Of a stretch of 64,000 nt of DNA, positions 37,094 to 51,089 are shown piece by piece. Source of the DNA: Octopus sinensis (taxonomy: Eukaryota); NCBI RefSeq assembly GCF_006345805.1, contig NC_042997.1, positions 43,276,001 through 43,340,000 of the forward strand, given 5' to 3'. Every line of letters starts with the position of its first letter. Position 1 is the stretch's first letter. A model generated the notes under the pieces. That model was not told the origin of the DNA and searched no databases. It saw only the letters and a program-made list of their open reading frames with translations. Position numbers and translations under genes: made by a program.

Positions 37094-38879
37094 GTAAGCT
37101 CTATATATTTTCATTTCCTTGTGGTTTTCTAAAATCTTAATTGAGAGTTTTGTATTAAATGCTTTTTTTTTGCTTATATTTTTTAATAACAGTTTTAATT
37201 TATATTTAGCTTATACCACAGTCATTTTCTATTTCTCAGTTTTCAACTAGGGACCATAACAAAGTGAATTGTATAACAGGGATTCTGGTTAGGTGATTCT
37301 TATTATATATATTTACTCTCATACAAGGTTACAAAAACGAAAAAGCCCTAAAATAATCCTGATCTAATATAATTGATCCAATTAATTTAAGAATAAACAG
37401 TAACTTGAGTGAAACTATTTACTTAATTTTTTACATCAGAAATCTCAAATATTTTGCTGGAAAAGCCATATAGAAATATAATGTTGAGGCTAAATAATTT
37501 TTTTTATATATTAACCCTAGGATGTAAGCTTGAAGGGTGCCAGCTGTGTAAACTTTAAGAAACACGATACTTTAAACTTCTTTGCTTTATTTCTTTCTGT
37601 TGCAAATGCTTTCTTGTACTGCTTTATGATATGCTTCTTCATTTTAATTTTAATTTTTTTTTGATTTATTTAGCTTTTCAGTTTTTTGTTATTTACTTTT
37701 TTTTAAATTTGCTGCTGAATATTATTTTTATTACAATGCAGTTGGAACAAAAATTGGAATAGAAAAGAAAATAAGAAATTGCAAGTTTATTTACTTATAT
37801 TTTGTGTGTGTGTATGTGTGTATTTTATATATATATATATGTATATATATGTATATATATATATATATATAGCACAATTCTTGCACATATATTTAATATT
37901 CTACTTAAATTGTGGCCTGGCACTTCTGTTAGAAATAAATATTTAATGTTAAGACTCGGTGTATTTTAAAAGTTTCCAATTGGCTATTCACACCTTTCTG
38001 CTTTTGTGTACACTGCGGATTTATTTATTTATTCTATTTTTTTTTCTTTTGTAAAATGCGATTTCGATTTTTTATTATTTATTTTAATTTTTTACCTTTT
38101 AGTTAGTATGAGGTGGAAGAACAGTCTCCACACCCTTTGTGGGCTTTTATGGTGGTGAGATGGGTGTGCTGTATTTTCGTCTTAAACTTCTGTAGGAAAG
38201 CATGTGCAAAAGTATGTATGTCAGGAGAAGATTCAATCCGGGATTTTCCAGCTTTCAGAAGGAAAGAATGATTGGCAAAGTGTTTAGTATACAGTGGCAG
38301 GGATAGGTAGGCGAGTAGTGATGGTCAGAAGAGGAGAGATGGATGCCTCAGGTTATCTCGGGCAGATTTGGCTTGTTCATAGGAGCAGAGGCCATTGTTG
38401 AATGATAGAAGTAACACTATCTTAGCGTCAGTAATTATAGGGAGTGACCCTTCACCAGTCAGCAAATATCCTTCTTATTTTAGATTGTTTGTGACATGAA
38501 GCAGCAGAACTCAAATGGGAATCATACATAAACTTTGTAGAGGCTCAGCAACTGATTAGGTTTCAAGTAAATTCTGGTCAGGAGCAGGAAATTTGTTTGG
38601 GATATTTTTAGTAAAAGTAAATAAATGTCAGTTTATCATGATATTGTGTTTTTTTAATCTTTTTAGGACACCTTATTTCTTGTATAATGTTTGGCTCAAG
38701 CTAGTTTCCTTTTTTTTGTATAGTAATTTTATTTTGGTTGTATTAATAGAGACTATATTGGATATCCATTGAAAAATTTTTTTTTCCCTGAGGTCTTTGT
38801 TCAAGATAGCAATATAGGTCTTAGATATTGTCTTGGTTCCATTTAAATAATATGTGTATGTGTGTGTAAGATAAAGAGA

Positions 38880-39290
38880 GAAGGCATTAATATATAGAAA
38901 GAAAATTGTGGGAGACACTACTGACCCTTAGAGTGCACTAGAGTTCTGTCAGTGCATACTGCAATGGAGAAGAATGGTCAAAAACTTCTAATCCATGAAA
39001 CAAGAAATGAAATAACCCATGGATCCTTACCAGACATAAACAAAAGCTCTACTTGTGTCTAGAGCAACAACCTTACTTTCACTGAAGTTATTAAGTGAAA
39101 GACTTCTAGTACCAAATAAATGTCTGGTAGCTGTGACTCTACAGGAAATGTTTCAGTAATCACTTAGGTTTGAGAGAGACCTAGGGTGATGAAGGAGCTT
39201 GTTGCTTACAATCAGCACCATTATTTTTGAAATACTAGGAATGAAAGCAATAGGTCGGTGGTTGGCTGTTAAAGTTTTCGCCCTCCATGA
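38880..39290 (-). mobile_element. Degenerate LINE RT fragment
   Basis: NHRPIAFIPSISKIM (cf. NYRPISLL..SKIME) and GSVVSPTIF (cf. QGSVLSPTLF). Confidence 0.6.
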
Positions 39291-39754
39291 CAAATAGACA
39301 TAGTGGGATTGATTCAGTCTGTACCTGTGAAAAATTGGCTTTCTACTTAACTGAATGCTAAAGATACATGTTGTGGAAATATATAAATTTTCAAAGCTTT
39401 TCACATTAGCTTGTAAAAACAAATGTTTGTGTGTGTGGTGTAAGTTAATTGAAGAAAACACTTAAGATTTTAGAGCTCAAGATTATCTTTTAGGTTAATA
39501 AAATACTGAAGTGGTGTGGATGTATAATGGGAAAAAATAATAGTAATAGAGTGAATAAATATTGTACAACTACTAAAACAGACAAAAACTTGGCATTATA
39601 AAATTAAGACAAGTCAGAATCCAGATAGTCATTGATGGTCTGCACCAGTGAATACAATTCAGTTAATTAAATTCGAAATAAAAAAAAACAACAACAAAAG
39701 CTGCAAACTGAAAGTGTACAAAGTTGGTGTACTACACCAAGAAGAAAAGAGGTT

Positions 39755-39963
39755 TGTGTGTCTGTGTTTGTCCCCACAACATCACTTGACAACCGATGCT
39801 GGTGAGTTTACTTCACCGTAACTTAGCAGTTCATCAAAAGAGGCTGATAGAATAAGTACTAGGCTTACAAAAGAATAAGTCCTGGGGTCGATTTGCTCGA
39901 CTAAAGGCGGTGCTCCAGCATGGCCACAGTCAAATGACTGAAACAAGTAAAAGAGTAAAGAGT
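39755..39963 (+). mobile_element. SINE family A, 3' half
   Basis: Matches 500-699. Confidence 0.85.
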
Positions 39964-41761
39964 AAGGTGATGCAGGCTGGATGTGGTAAGGAGTTGGGGC
40001 TATGGACCTTAAAGGCTGTGCTAGTTGTGAACATGTGTCAAGCAGTAGAAAGGGTTTTCTGGAAAGATGTGGAAATTGCAGGATCATATTGGAGGAAATG
40101 GAAATTATAGAGGTAAAATTTGCAGGAGTGATAGTTGAGAGGCTGGAAGAAGAGAATGTGGTTTGTGGGATGGATGATGGGTATGAGTAGTGGGGTAGAA
40201 GTATGTTGCTGGTTGTTATTGCTTTTGAGGGAGAAAATAGAGTAATAATGCACCCTAATTTGTTAGTTAGCTACCTTGAAGTCCAGATTTTCTCTTGTTT
40301 CACCATTTCCCACTCCTCAGCTGTATGGTCATTAGTTGCTGCCGATATCAGTTGTATTTCTCTGGGATGACGAAGGTGACATATAGAGAGATCTGGATTT
40401 TATGGTAACCAGCAAGTAGTTTAGCATAATATTCCCCTATTTTCTCCATCATCATCATCATCCTGACATAGTCCTGTGTCATAATTTGTCTGGCTGTATT
40501 TGTATTCTCCTTTCCCATACTTGCCCCACCATCAATTAATCTCTGGAACATAATTATCTATCCACAATAATTTCCATTTCTTCACATCTGACTCTACCAT
40601 GTTCTACAAATATCCAGAGTAGCTTTTATCCTTTAAATAGTCCAGATTTCCTTCATTCCTCCTCATAATATCATACCCAGATGGTCTGCTTGTTAATGCT
40701 CCTACTGTAAAACCTGTCTTTTCTTCTAGAAGAAACCCAGGTCATGTCACTTGCAGCTCCAACGTTTTGATCCCCTACATAGAGATGAAACTGGTCAAGG
40801 GAACATCTGCTGAATGTGTTGCAAGCCTTATCAACTCCACTGACCTTCCCAGTCTTTACTCTCTTTCTGACTGTCTTTTCCAACATCAAAAGTCTTATGC
40901 CACCCAACTCCTCATGAAATAACAATTCTTTTCCCAGTTGAAGATGACTGCACCTGCTTGAATGAGAGGATTGGTTATCATTTAACTCCCTCCTTTACGC
41001 ATATTTGCATCATCCGACTCTTTTTATCTACTACTCCTACATAGATACCCCTATGTTCACACTGTCACCCACCCACTTTGTCTTTCTACCTACTTCTCAA
41101 CATACCTCCTGCCACTCACATTGCTTGTCACCTCATTCGTATCCATCCTTTTCTTGTGCTGGACCAACAATCACTCACCACCCACTAAATTCTCCTCTGC
41201 CAGGAACCACATACTCCTGCTCACATCCTTTCTCTCATTGTCAACCATTATTTCTGTTATTTTTCAATATCACTGGTAAAAGCTTTCTATATTTTTTTTT
41301 TTTTGATATTTTCTCTTTTTTGATATCTTGACCAAAACTTACTTATTTGAAATGTTGATACCTCTCTTTTCTTCTTAGCATACTTTCTATACTTTTGTCT
41401 CATTGTTTTTGTTGTATTTCATCACAAATTTACCTAAAACGAGGTTACTAGAACTATCTTGTGACTGATAAAGATGAACTAAACAGGGTTAAGTATTATG
41501 TAAATACAAAGCAATTATAGTTTAACCCATTGCCAAGACGAAAATATAACACATGATTGATAGGTTGTTAATGTCATGGTAACTACACTAAAAATATACT
41601 TCAAAGCTAACCTAACGAAATATCAAGTTGCGTAGTTTAAAATAGAAGTCAGTTCCCATGGTGCTAAGTCCATGTCTTTGCAAATTGCTGAAACATTAAC
41701 AAAAGCATCAAGACTCACAATGCTTTCTGATATCTTTTTGAGTTCAAATTATCTCAATAAG

Positions 41762-41762
<1 letters not shown>

Positions 41763-41797
<35 letters not shown>

Positions 41798-42135
41798 GTC
41801 CGCTTTCCATGCTAGCATGGGTTGGACGGTTCAACTGGGGTCTGGGAAGCCAGAAGGCTGCACCAGGCCAGTCAGTGTTTCTACAGCTGGATGCCCTTCC
41901 TAACGCCAACCACTCCGAGAGTGTAGTGGGTGATTTTATGTGCCACCGACACAGGTGCCAGACGAGGCTGGCAAACGGCCACGCTCGGATGGTGTTTTTT
42001 CATGTGCCACCGACACAGGTGCCAGACGAGGCTGGCGAACGGCCGCAATCGGATGGTGTTTGTTATGTGCCCACAGCACGGAGGCCAGTCGATGCAGCAC
42101 TGGTACCACAAAGATACAAATTCCATTGATGTTCA
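41763..42135 (-). mobile_element. RTE LINE 3' UTR fragment
   Basis: (CAT)n followed by the reverse complement of 32150-32495. Confidence 0.85.
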
Positions 42136-43209
42136 TCTATTTTGATTTGGTTCAATTTCAGCACTGATAAAATAATACTAACACTATTAGGTCAGTTGTC
42201 TGCATTGAACATCACTCCTTAAAAAAATGCTCTAAGAAATGCATTATTATATTAAGGGGTACAGTTAAATTGTGATTATAATTATTAAACAGTTAATAGA
42301 AATTATTTATTGACTGATTTTCATTGTAATCCAAAGGAGGAAAATTCTTGAAAAGCTGATGAAAACCGAATAATTTTGCTTTCCCTCTTAATATGCAATA
42401 TACAGCTTTCATCAGTTATGATGAAGCAGTGATGCACTGGACTGGTCTCCCCTGCATAAGCATTGGTATAATATTCTATATGGAAACTCTGGACTGCCCA
42501 CATGCCTTGGCCTTACTATTGTCATCCAGAAGATGGCATGTAGGACATGTAGAAGTATATTATCTACAGTGGCTACCAGGAGGAAGTTAAATTGTCAGTC
42601 CAAGAGATTCCATTCAAGAGTTTTCATTGTGGCATAAACCGTTGCTGTTTCCAAAGCACCCATAAAGTACTGACCTTATTCATCCATAGCAATGGGTTAG
42701 AAGACTTAAAGCTATATTGTTAGTAGTTCTTCCATGACACAAACCTACTAGAATGTCTGTATTCTCACTGAAAGCCGTTAAAAGATCATTGGTTTTACAT
42801 GGTTACTGTTGGTTTTAACAGTACAGTATTCCATTCTATGGTACCAACTTAAACTGAATTACTGAGAACTGTGTTGCATAAAGAGACACTTTAGAAGAAT
42901 ATAAGCTGCTGCCTTTATTCACATATAAACATGCTTCTATGTGTGTTAATTTGTATAACCATATGTTATATTATATAGTATATTATATTTGTATAACCAT
43001 ATGTTATATTATATAGTATATTATATTGTTATACAAAGTAATTAGGGAGCTTTTCATGTGGTTTAATCTGTTAAAAATAGCTGCTAATTTCCTCCCTCAA
43101 ATCACACCCTAGTGTCTTCAGAAAAGGAAGGGCATATTGGTTAATATAATTCCTGAATAGCCACAGCTGGAATGCTTTTGATCGTAGGTCTGTTAGATCA
43201 GGAGCACAA

Positions 43210-43523
43210 CCTTTAGTCGAATAAATTGACCCCCAGGACTTATTCTTTGTAAGCCTAGTACTTATTCTATCGGAACCTTTTTGCTGAACCGCCAAGTTAC
43301 AGGGATGCAAACACACCAACATTGGTACATTGGTTGTCAAGCAATGTTGGTAGGACAGACACAAACAACAAACACACATACTTTCCTTCTACCAAATCCA
43401 CTCACAATGCTTTGGCCAGCCTGAGACTATAGTAGAAGACACTTGGCCAAGGTGCCACACAGTGGGACTGAGCCTGGAACCATGTGGTTGGGAAGCAAGC
43501 TTCTTACCACACAGCCACTCCTG
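43210..43523 (-). mobile_element. Divergent SINE family A
   Basis: Reverse-complement match to 283-650. Confidence 0.75.
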
Positions 43524-43552
43524 GGCCTTATATACACACATATTTATATATA

Positions 43553-44040
43553 TCATCATCATCATCCTCATCGTTTAGCGTCCGCTTTCCATGCTAGCAT
43601 GGGTTGGACGGTTCAACTGGGGTCTGTGAAGCCGGAAGGCTTCATCAGGCCTAGTCAGATCTGGCAGTGTTTCTACGGCTGGATGCCCTTCCTAACGCCA
43701 ACCACTCCGTGAGTGTAGTGGGTGCTTTTTACGTGCCACTCGCACAGGTGCCAGACAGAGCTGGCAAACGGCCACGAACGGATGGTGCTTTTTATGTGCC
43801 ACCGGCACGGGGGCCAGGCGAGGCTGGCAACGGACATGAACAGATGGTGCTTTTTATGTGCCACTGGCACGAGGCCAGTCAGGGCGGCGCTGGCAACGGT
43901 CATGAACGGATGGTTCTCTTACATGCCACCGGCACTGGTAACACATCTGCAATTTCCATTGATCGATTTCGATTCTGATCCTCACTTGCCTCAACAGGTC
44001 TTCACAAGTAGAGTTTTGTGTCCCAAGAAGGGAAGGTATG

Positions 44041-44042
<2 letters not shown>
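43553..44042 (-). mobile_element. RTE LINE 3' UTR fragment
   Basis: (CAT)n plus UTR repeats; matches 32050-32495. Confidence 0.85.
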
Positions 44043-44081
<39 letters not shown>

Positions 44082-44636
44082 CGCATACATTATGTGTAGT
44101 GTCATAAAAGTCTCTATTATCTCATATGTATCTACTCAGATATAATGTCATTTATTCTTTTGTTACCTGTATAAAATAGGCTGCATGTAAGAAGGATAAG
44201 TTGCATGGAAAACTCCTTGGCACATGATAATCTTTTGTGTAAATGTGCATAAAATATTATCATGCTATATGTTACATACTTTCATTTACCTGGAGCTAAT
44301 ATTTACATAGAAGGGTCGTTTCTCAACCAAATGAGCCTCTTAAGTTTTTATCTGCATATAAAAGGATTCCCATTTATGAATCTAACACCAGTGTCATAGC
44401 TTATCATTACAAAGAGGAAAACGTATCTCTACAATAATAATGGGTTACAAGTTGTTAGGTCATAATTTACATAATTACCTTTTTGTTTGTTTGTTTCTTA
44501 AGCTGCTTTTTATAGCTTGTTTTGTTTCTAACCCTAGCATATTTATCTAGAAAAAAATATTTGTTTCATTGATTTAAATTTATATTGTTTCTAATAGTAC
44601 TTTTCCTCCTCCTCCTCTGCCTCCTCCCATTTTTTA

Positions 44637-44671
<35 letters not shown>

Positions 44672-44683
44672 CATTATTATAAT

Positions 44684-44899
44684 AGGTGGCCAGCTGGCAG
44701 AATTGTTAGCACGCCAGGCAAAATGCTTTGTGACATTTCGTCCGTCTTTATGTTCTAAGTTCAAATTTTACCGAGGTCAACTTTGCCTCTCGTCCTTTTG
44801 GGGTCGATAAATGAAGTACCAGTAAAACACTGGGATCGTTGTAATCGACTAGTCCCCTCCCCACAAATTTCAGGCCTTGTGCCTTTAGTAGAAAAGATT

Positions 44900-44931
<32 letters not shown>

Positions 44932-44970
44932 CATTATTATTATTATTATTATCATCATCATTATTATTAT
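44684..44970 (+). mobile_element. SINE family C with (ATT)n tail
   Basis: GGTGGCCAGCTGGCAGAATTGTTAGC...AGTTCAAATT...GGCCTTGTGCC followed by an ATT/ATC tail. Confidence 0.8.
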
Positions 44971-45554
44971 TGTTGTTGTTGTTGTTGTTGTTTTTGTTGT
45001 TACATAATCTATTTTGTAATTACTTTGTAAGAACACCAGGTGCCACTCATTTTCCCCTACATTTTAAACTACTCACAGCCACCCCTTTTGTGTTGGTTCT
45101 TAACTTTTTTTCTTCCTCCCCACCCCCTGTTTTGCTGATCTCTTGACTTTTTTTCTATTCTGCATGATTACTGCTTGGTGGGAAGGTAACACACGTGCAC
45201 ACACACACTCATACATATCCTCCTTTTATTCTGACTCACTAAACGTACACTAGCAATTGCTGACACTACTGAAGAAATCAACGAATAAGTAAATAAGATT
45301 ATTGAGATAATGCCTAAGGCTTAGGATTTCAGTCTTGGTGTTAATACAAATATGTCAAGCTCACTTTAATAATAATCTTTTGTTTTAAAAGGTGATACAT
45401 TAATAGATATGTATATATGACAGTAGCTTTTTATCATCAGCATCATCTTTATCATCAGCAGCAAAAGATTGGTTTTATCAACTTTGATTTGTATTTTAGT
45501 ATATTCTCAGTACTTATGTTATTATGATGACAAGCGCTGAAGTGCTGCAAGTCT

Positions 45555-46144
45555 GTGGGCTGTGTGGTAAGAAGTTTGCTTTCTGACCACATGTTTCCAG
45601 GTTCAGTCCCACTGCATGCCACTTTGGGCAAGTGTCTTCTACTATAGCCTCAGGCTGATAAAAGCCTTGCGAGTGAATTTGATTGACAGAAACTGAAAGG
45701 AAACCTGTCGTATTGTATATATATGTGTTTGGTGTGTGCATGCTTGTGTGTGTGTATGTAAAAAGTACTGGAGTTGATTTGTTTGACTCAAAATCCTCAA
45801 AATAGCTGCAAGCCAACGACTGGAACAAGGAAAGGACAAAAGATATGGAGAATCCTTTTACTTTCATACTTGGTTTCTTCTGGAAGGTTGTGAATATCAT
45901 AAACTCTGAATTTCTTTCTCCTAAAAAAATAAAAAAGCTCTTTGACTCTCTCTCTTTTACTTGTTTCAGTCATTTGACTGCAGCCATGCTGGAGCACCGC
46001 CTTTAGTCGAGCAAATCGACTCCGGGACTTATTCTTTGTAAGTCCAGTACTTATTCTATCGGTCTCTTTTGCCGAACCGCTAAGTGACGGGGACATAAAC
46101 ACACCAGCATTGGTTGTCAAGCAATGCTAGGGGGACAAACACAG

Positions 46145-46203
<59 letters not shown>

Positions 46204-46377
46204 ATATATACATATATACGACAGGCTTCTTTCAGTTTCCGTCTACCAAATCCACTCACAAGGCATTGGTCGGCCCGGGGCTATAGCAGAAGACACTTGC
46301 CCAAGATGCCACGCAGTGGGACTGAACCAGGAACCATGTGGTTGGTTAGCAAGCTACTTACCACACAGCCACTCCTG
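45555..46377. mobile_element. Inverted pair of SINE A copies (45555-45770 plus, partial; 45945-46377 minus)
   Basis: Both match family A. Confidence 0.85.
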
Positions 46378-46682
46378 TGGAAGAAACCAGTCATTTAAAT
46401 TTAAGGAACACTTGTAACAAATTATCTATTTCTTTTTTTAATTATGTACATTTTCTTTTAGTGTAAGAATAATAATTACATTTCTTTGATTTTGTTTTAA
46501 TCTAAATACAAACTGCAACTATTTTCTAAAATTACATATGTCATGTGATGCTACATACTCTTTTGGTGATTGTAATTTTGATTGTCTTTTACTAGAGCAG
46601 AATGTGCTGGATGATACACTTTTGACCTAATGTGTAGAGTTTGTATGTTCATTTTCCAATTTAACCCTCAAAAATTTGCTTG

Positions 46683-46962
46683 ATCATCATCATCATCATC
46701 ATCATCATCGTTTAGCATCCGTTTTCCATGCTAGCATGGGTTGGACGGTTCAACTGGGGTCCGTGAAGCCAGAAGGCTTCATCAGGCCTAGTCAGATCTG
46801 GCAATGTTTCTACAGCTGGATGCCCTTCCTAACGCCAACCACTCCGTGAGTGTAGTGGGTGCTTTTTACGTGCCACCCGCACAGGTGCCAGACAGAGCTG
46901 GCAAACGGCCACGAACGGATGGTACTTTTTATGTGCCTCCGGCACGGGGGCCAGGCGAGGCT
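46683..46962 (-). mobile_element. RTE LINE 3' UTR fragment
   Basis: Near-identical to 43553-43825. Confidence 0.85.
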
Positions 46963-47385
46963 AAAGTGAGATGGAGAAACAATTATGACAGAATAAAAAG
47001 GCTTGTTATATCTTTTATGATTTTACATATGCATATATTGAGTGGTAATATTTATCCCCACTTATACATGGATATTTTGTTGGAGCAAACTATACTGCAG
47101 TAATTACAATGAGAGAAGCTCCTATATCTGCTAGTGGGGAGATTAATCCTCACTACCTCTAGCACTGAGACTACCAGATCACGTAATTTCGTCCTTCCTT
47201 GGTCTTGGTGAATGCATTTTGCACCAAAACGTTGATATGAGAGTTTCTCTCGTGGAAACTACTGCAGTATAGATTGTTCTAACAGAATATCCACGTTTAA
47301 GTGGGGATAAATATTACCTCTCAGTATTAATACTGCTTCTGTTGCTAATAAATACATGCATATATATATATATATTATTAAATCC

Positions 47386-47485
47386 AGACCTGAAGATTGG
47401 GAGTATGTCGACCCGAGTAAGTATTGAAACTAGATACCTTGTATCTAATCAATACCGACGTATTTTCATGAAACACGAGTAGTCT
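47386..47485 (+). ncRNA. Minimal type-I hammerhead ribozyme (core intact, long stem II)
   Basis: AGAC-CTGAAGA-[13-bp stem plus inner hairpin]-GAAAC ACGA GTA-GTCT. Confidence 0.65.
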
Positions 47486-48156
47486 TTTAAACGGAAAATA
47501 CCGGATTCAGAATAGATATAGTTAGTATAAGATTTAATTTTTAACATTTTATGGAGTGGTCGGGTATAAAATCTTTCAGTGTTGATTGAGTTGAAGGTGG
47601 TTCTGTCTCTAAAATTACTTTTATATAAATATATATATATATATATATATTTCTTTTTGGAACTGGATCTTGAAGCACACGTATCAACAAATTGGGTTTT
47701 ATTGGCTTTAAATGTTTCAAGAATGTAATTGAACAAAATCACAAATGAATATGAAGAAAATTACTATATTGAGTTTCTAAAACAATTAGGGATATTCTAT
47801 GTAATTGTTTGATCTGCTAGAGAGACCAGGTAATTCATTCTCAAATAAAGTATAAAGTATAAACAAGGCACATCAGATCAGTCAGCAGAATTTCTGTTGA
47901 AAAACTTTGGCATAAAATAATACATCATATAAATAATATCTGGAACACTATAAATGAGATTTCAAACAGGTAAAAAAACGGCCATAAATCTCTTCCTTAA
48001 ACTGTTTGAGTGGAATGATATAACCATATTCATACAAAGGTGCCTTTAAGAAATGTTAGTGACACAGTTCGCTATATTGAAAGCTGTTATGCCAATTTCT
48101 TAAAGAATTTTACAAAGATTTGTTTATAAAGAAAAATATTCTAATCACAGGCGTAA

Positions 48157-48343
48157 CCCTTTAGCATTCATCCACATTGCTTTGAATTAACTATGCATTA
48201 TCTTGTAGCTTTGAGATATCAGTGATGTGATTGTCAATTCTTAGAATGACATTGTAGGCTAAGTGTGAGAGGTCAGATTTGGCTGAATTGAACATAAAAC
48301 AGAATATTTTAGCCAGATATAGCTTCTTTAAATGCTAGAGGGG
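48157..48343. mobile_element. piggyBac-type MITE (degenerate)
   Basis: CCCTTTAGCATT ... AATGCTAGAGGG; same family as 61050. Confidence 0.65.
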
Positions 48344-48644
48344 TTTGCAGGATATTGTTACTCTAATCACTCATAATTCAGACTCTTATACACATTTTCT
48401 ACAAATTTCTGAAATTTGGTGTTTTTCCAACTGTTATGAATTACACAAAATTGGATGTGACTGTAACTCCAACAGCTGTCACCTGGTTAAGATACTTGTC
48501 AAAAGAAAAACTGTATCGGTCAAGTTCCTAAGTTTAATATCCTGTATCACTAGCATTGTGACTGGAAAAATCAACCTCTTGGCAAAACAGCTAACGCAAG
48601 TGACTCCAAAGCCAAAAATTATTTCTGATAATATTTGTAGATAA

Positions 48645-49108
48645 TATAATATAATAATAATGATTGTGTACAGTGTTCAGGTGCACTACAACTCATCTAA
48701 AGTGTATATATAATCAGGTGTAGTTTCGGCGGATTTCGGAAAGCATGAGGGCCTTAAAGGATGCAGTGTCATGGCAGTCAACAACTGACGCAGGCAGTTT
48801 ATTCCATGCTTCAGCAACTCTGAGCATGAAAAAATGTTTCCGAAAGTCATGGGAGCTGTGTTGTTTTCTGACTTTGTAGGCATGTCCACGTGTGTTGGAC
48901 ACATGGAGATCAAAAAGGTGTTCAGTGTTGTTGTTGGTGAGGTGGTTGACAACTTTGTGGGTGTTTACCAAGTCCGTCGCCAGATGCCGGAGCTTCAGTG
49001 AATCCATGCCCAGGGAAACAAGGCGCTCAGAATATAGTAGGTGTCTGATGGGGGGTATGCGTTTGGTTGCACGTCTCTGAACAGATTCCAGGAGGTCAAT
49101 GTTCTGAG
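48645..49108 (-). mobile_element. 5'-truncated CR1-clade LINE 3' end
   Basis: LESVQRRATKRIP..YSERL..LG..SL..TRGHAYKV..RKHFF.LRV..WNKLP; (ATT)n tail. Confidence 0.9.
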
Positions 49109-49998
49109 AAAAAAAAAAAGATAAAAGTATTTTGATGCAATAGACCACCAAATAATTACTTCAAAATAGCAACACTGTAGTGTGTAAGGCATAACAAATA
49201 AATAGTTTAAAAGCTACCAAAGATGGGTTGCAGTATCCAGAAGTTCAGCTATCCAGAAATGTTTGATTTCAAAGCCTGAAATTTTGGTAGGAGGGATCTA
49301 GTTGTTTGATCCCAGTGCTTGACTGCTACTTATTTTATTGACTCCCAAAAGAAAGAAAGGCAAAGGAATTTGAACTCAATATTAAAACCCAATGAAATGC
49401 AGTAAGCATTTTGTCCTGCCTTATAAAATAATAACAACAACAACAATAATAATAAAGTAACAGTTAATAAACTTTTTGATAATAAATTTAGGTGGTGTGA
49501 AGTGAGTTCTGTTTTTGGATTATTTTTGAAAATGTCTATAATTTTAACAGCTGTCATCAAGATGTAAGGTGAAAATTTGAAGAAAAATAGAGCAGCTTCC
49601 CACAGTTTAGAAATTTCTCTTTTTTTCTAACTTCTAACTTGTTTATAAAATATAGTTTTTGCACATCTTTTTGATTTTATTTCTAATTTGTATGTTTTAG
49701 ACTTATATTTTTAATTTGTGTATTTTTAAAATTAATTTTTATCTTTATATTTTTACGATATCTTCAGCTTGTCTTTTTTCTTTAAATTCTATTCATTTCT
49801 CTATTTTATGCTACTTTTCAGTAATCGAGTTGTATGTATTTTTAATGGAATGCTCAGAAACTGATCCTAGGATAGAAATATTGCATGTCTCATCGTTTCA
49901 ATCTCTTTCAGCTTATCTATAATATCATAGTTGACAGTCAAATAAGATTATTTATCTTCACTTGCGATCTTGATTCTAATTCAGCAAGAGCTATTTAA

Positions 49999-50217
49999 CC
50001 CTTTAGTATTTAAACCGGCCATATCCGGCCAAAATAGTTAATCTGCTTTACGTTCAAACTGACCAGATCCAGGCTCTCACACCTACCCTACAATGTTATT
50101 CTACATTAAGTAATTACACCATCAAGATCTTGAAGATATGAGATAATGCATGATTAATTCAAATCAATGGGAATCAATAGGCATTATGTTTGATAGAATA
50201 ATCTGAACACTAAAGGG
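49999..50217. mobile_element. piggyBac-type MITE
   Basis: TTAA|CCCTTTAGT ... ACTAAAGGG|TTAA. Confidence 0.85.
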
Positions 50218-51089
50218 TTAACACAACACCAGTTGAGATTAACCTAAACTCTCCCTAAATATAACAATTCCATATCCATCTTAGCAGATATTTCTAAGAC
50301 ATAGTCTCTATACATGATTAATCCTTAATACAAAGACAAACTTAATGATTATTTTAACATACTTGGTTGCTTTTTACAAATTGAAACATCTTATTCAACA
50401 GTGATAGCTGTTCTATTACAACTGAATATAGGTATAGGTTTATGGTCGAGACTATGGCAATGGAGATCTCTGGTGTTCTTGGCTCTTGGACCATATCACT
50501 GTTCACCACTATCAGGGTTGAGATGGCTATCTGCAAGTGCAAGCCCCATGTGTCAGAGTGGCTGTTCTAGCACATATCCCTCACCATCTTGTGGAGTAAT
50601 GCCTTTTCCATTTTGTCTGTTGGGACCATGTGGCTCCCTGAATTACAGGAAATCGAGAGACTGGTTGGTCCAGCTGTTAAAATAAACAAATAGATTCAAC
50701 AACTGACCAGTGTATAAAGTTATATAAAATAAACCTTCAGAAAAAGAGCATATGATATACATTCTGGTATTTGCTTTCAACAATGCCTTGTCCAACAGAA
50801 CCCTTTTTCTACTTACTTCAGTTGCCAGTTCATCTTGAAATGTTATTTGTTATAGACAGGTGCTGATCCTGCTATTTATGAATGAACCTTGAAGTAAGCG
50901 CTCTCTCTTGAAAGCCCTTTGGAGCTTAGAAAGCATTGTAATATAATCTAAATACCTTGTCCAAAGATACTGATTAGTTAACTTAGTATATTGTAAGTGT
51001 GTGTGTGTATATATGTATGTATGTATAATGATTTTATATTCAGGTATGCATGTATAAGTAAATTATATTTTCAGGTATATATATATATT

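Noticed and set aside
44761-45036. Poly-Ile/Thr/Val ORFs resembling membrane proteins
   Set aside because: Translations of ATT/ATC/GTT microsatellites in a SINE tail.
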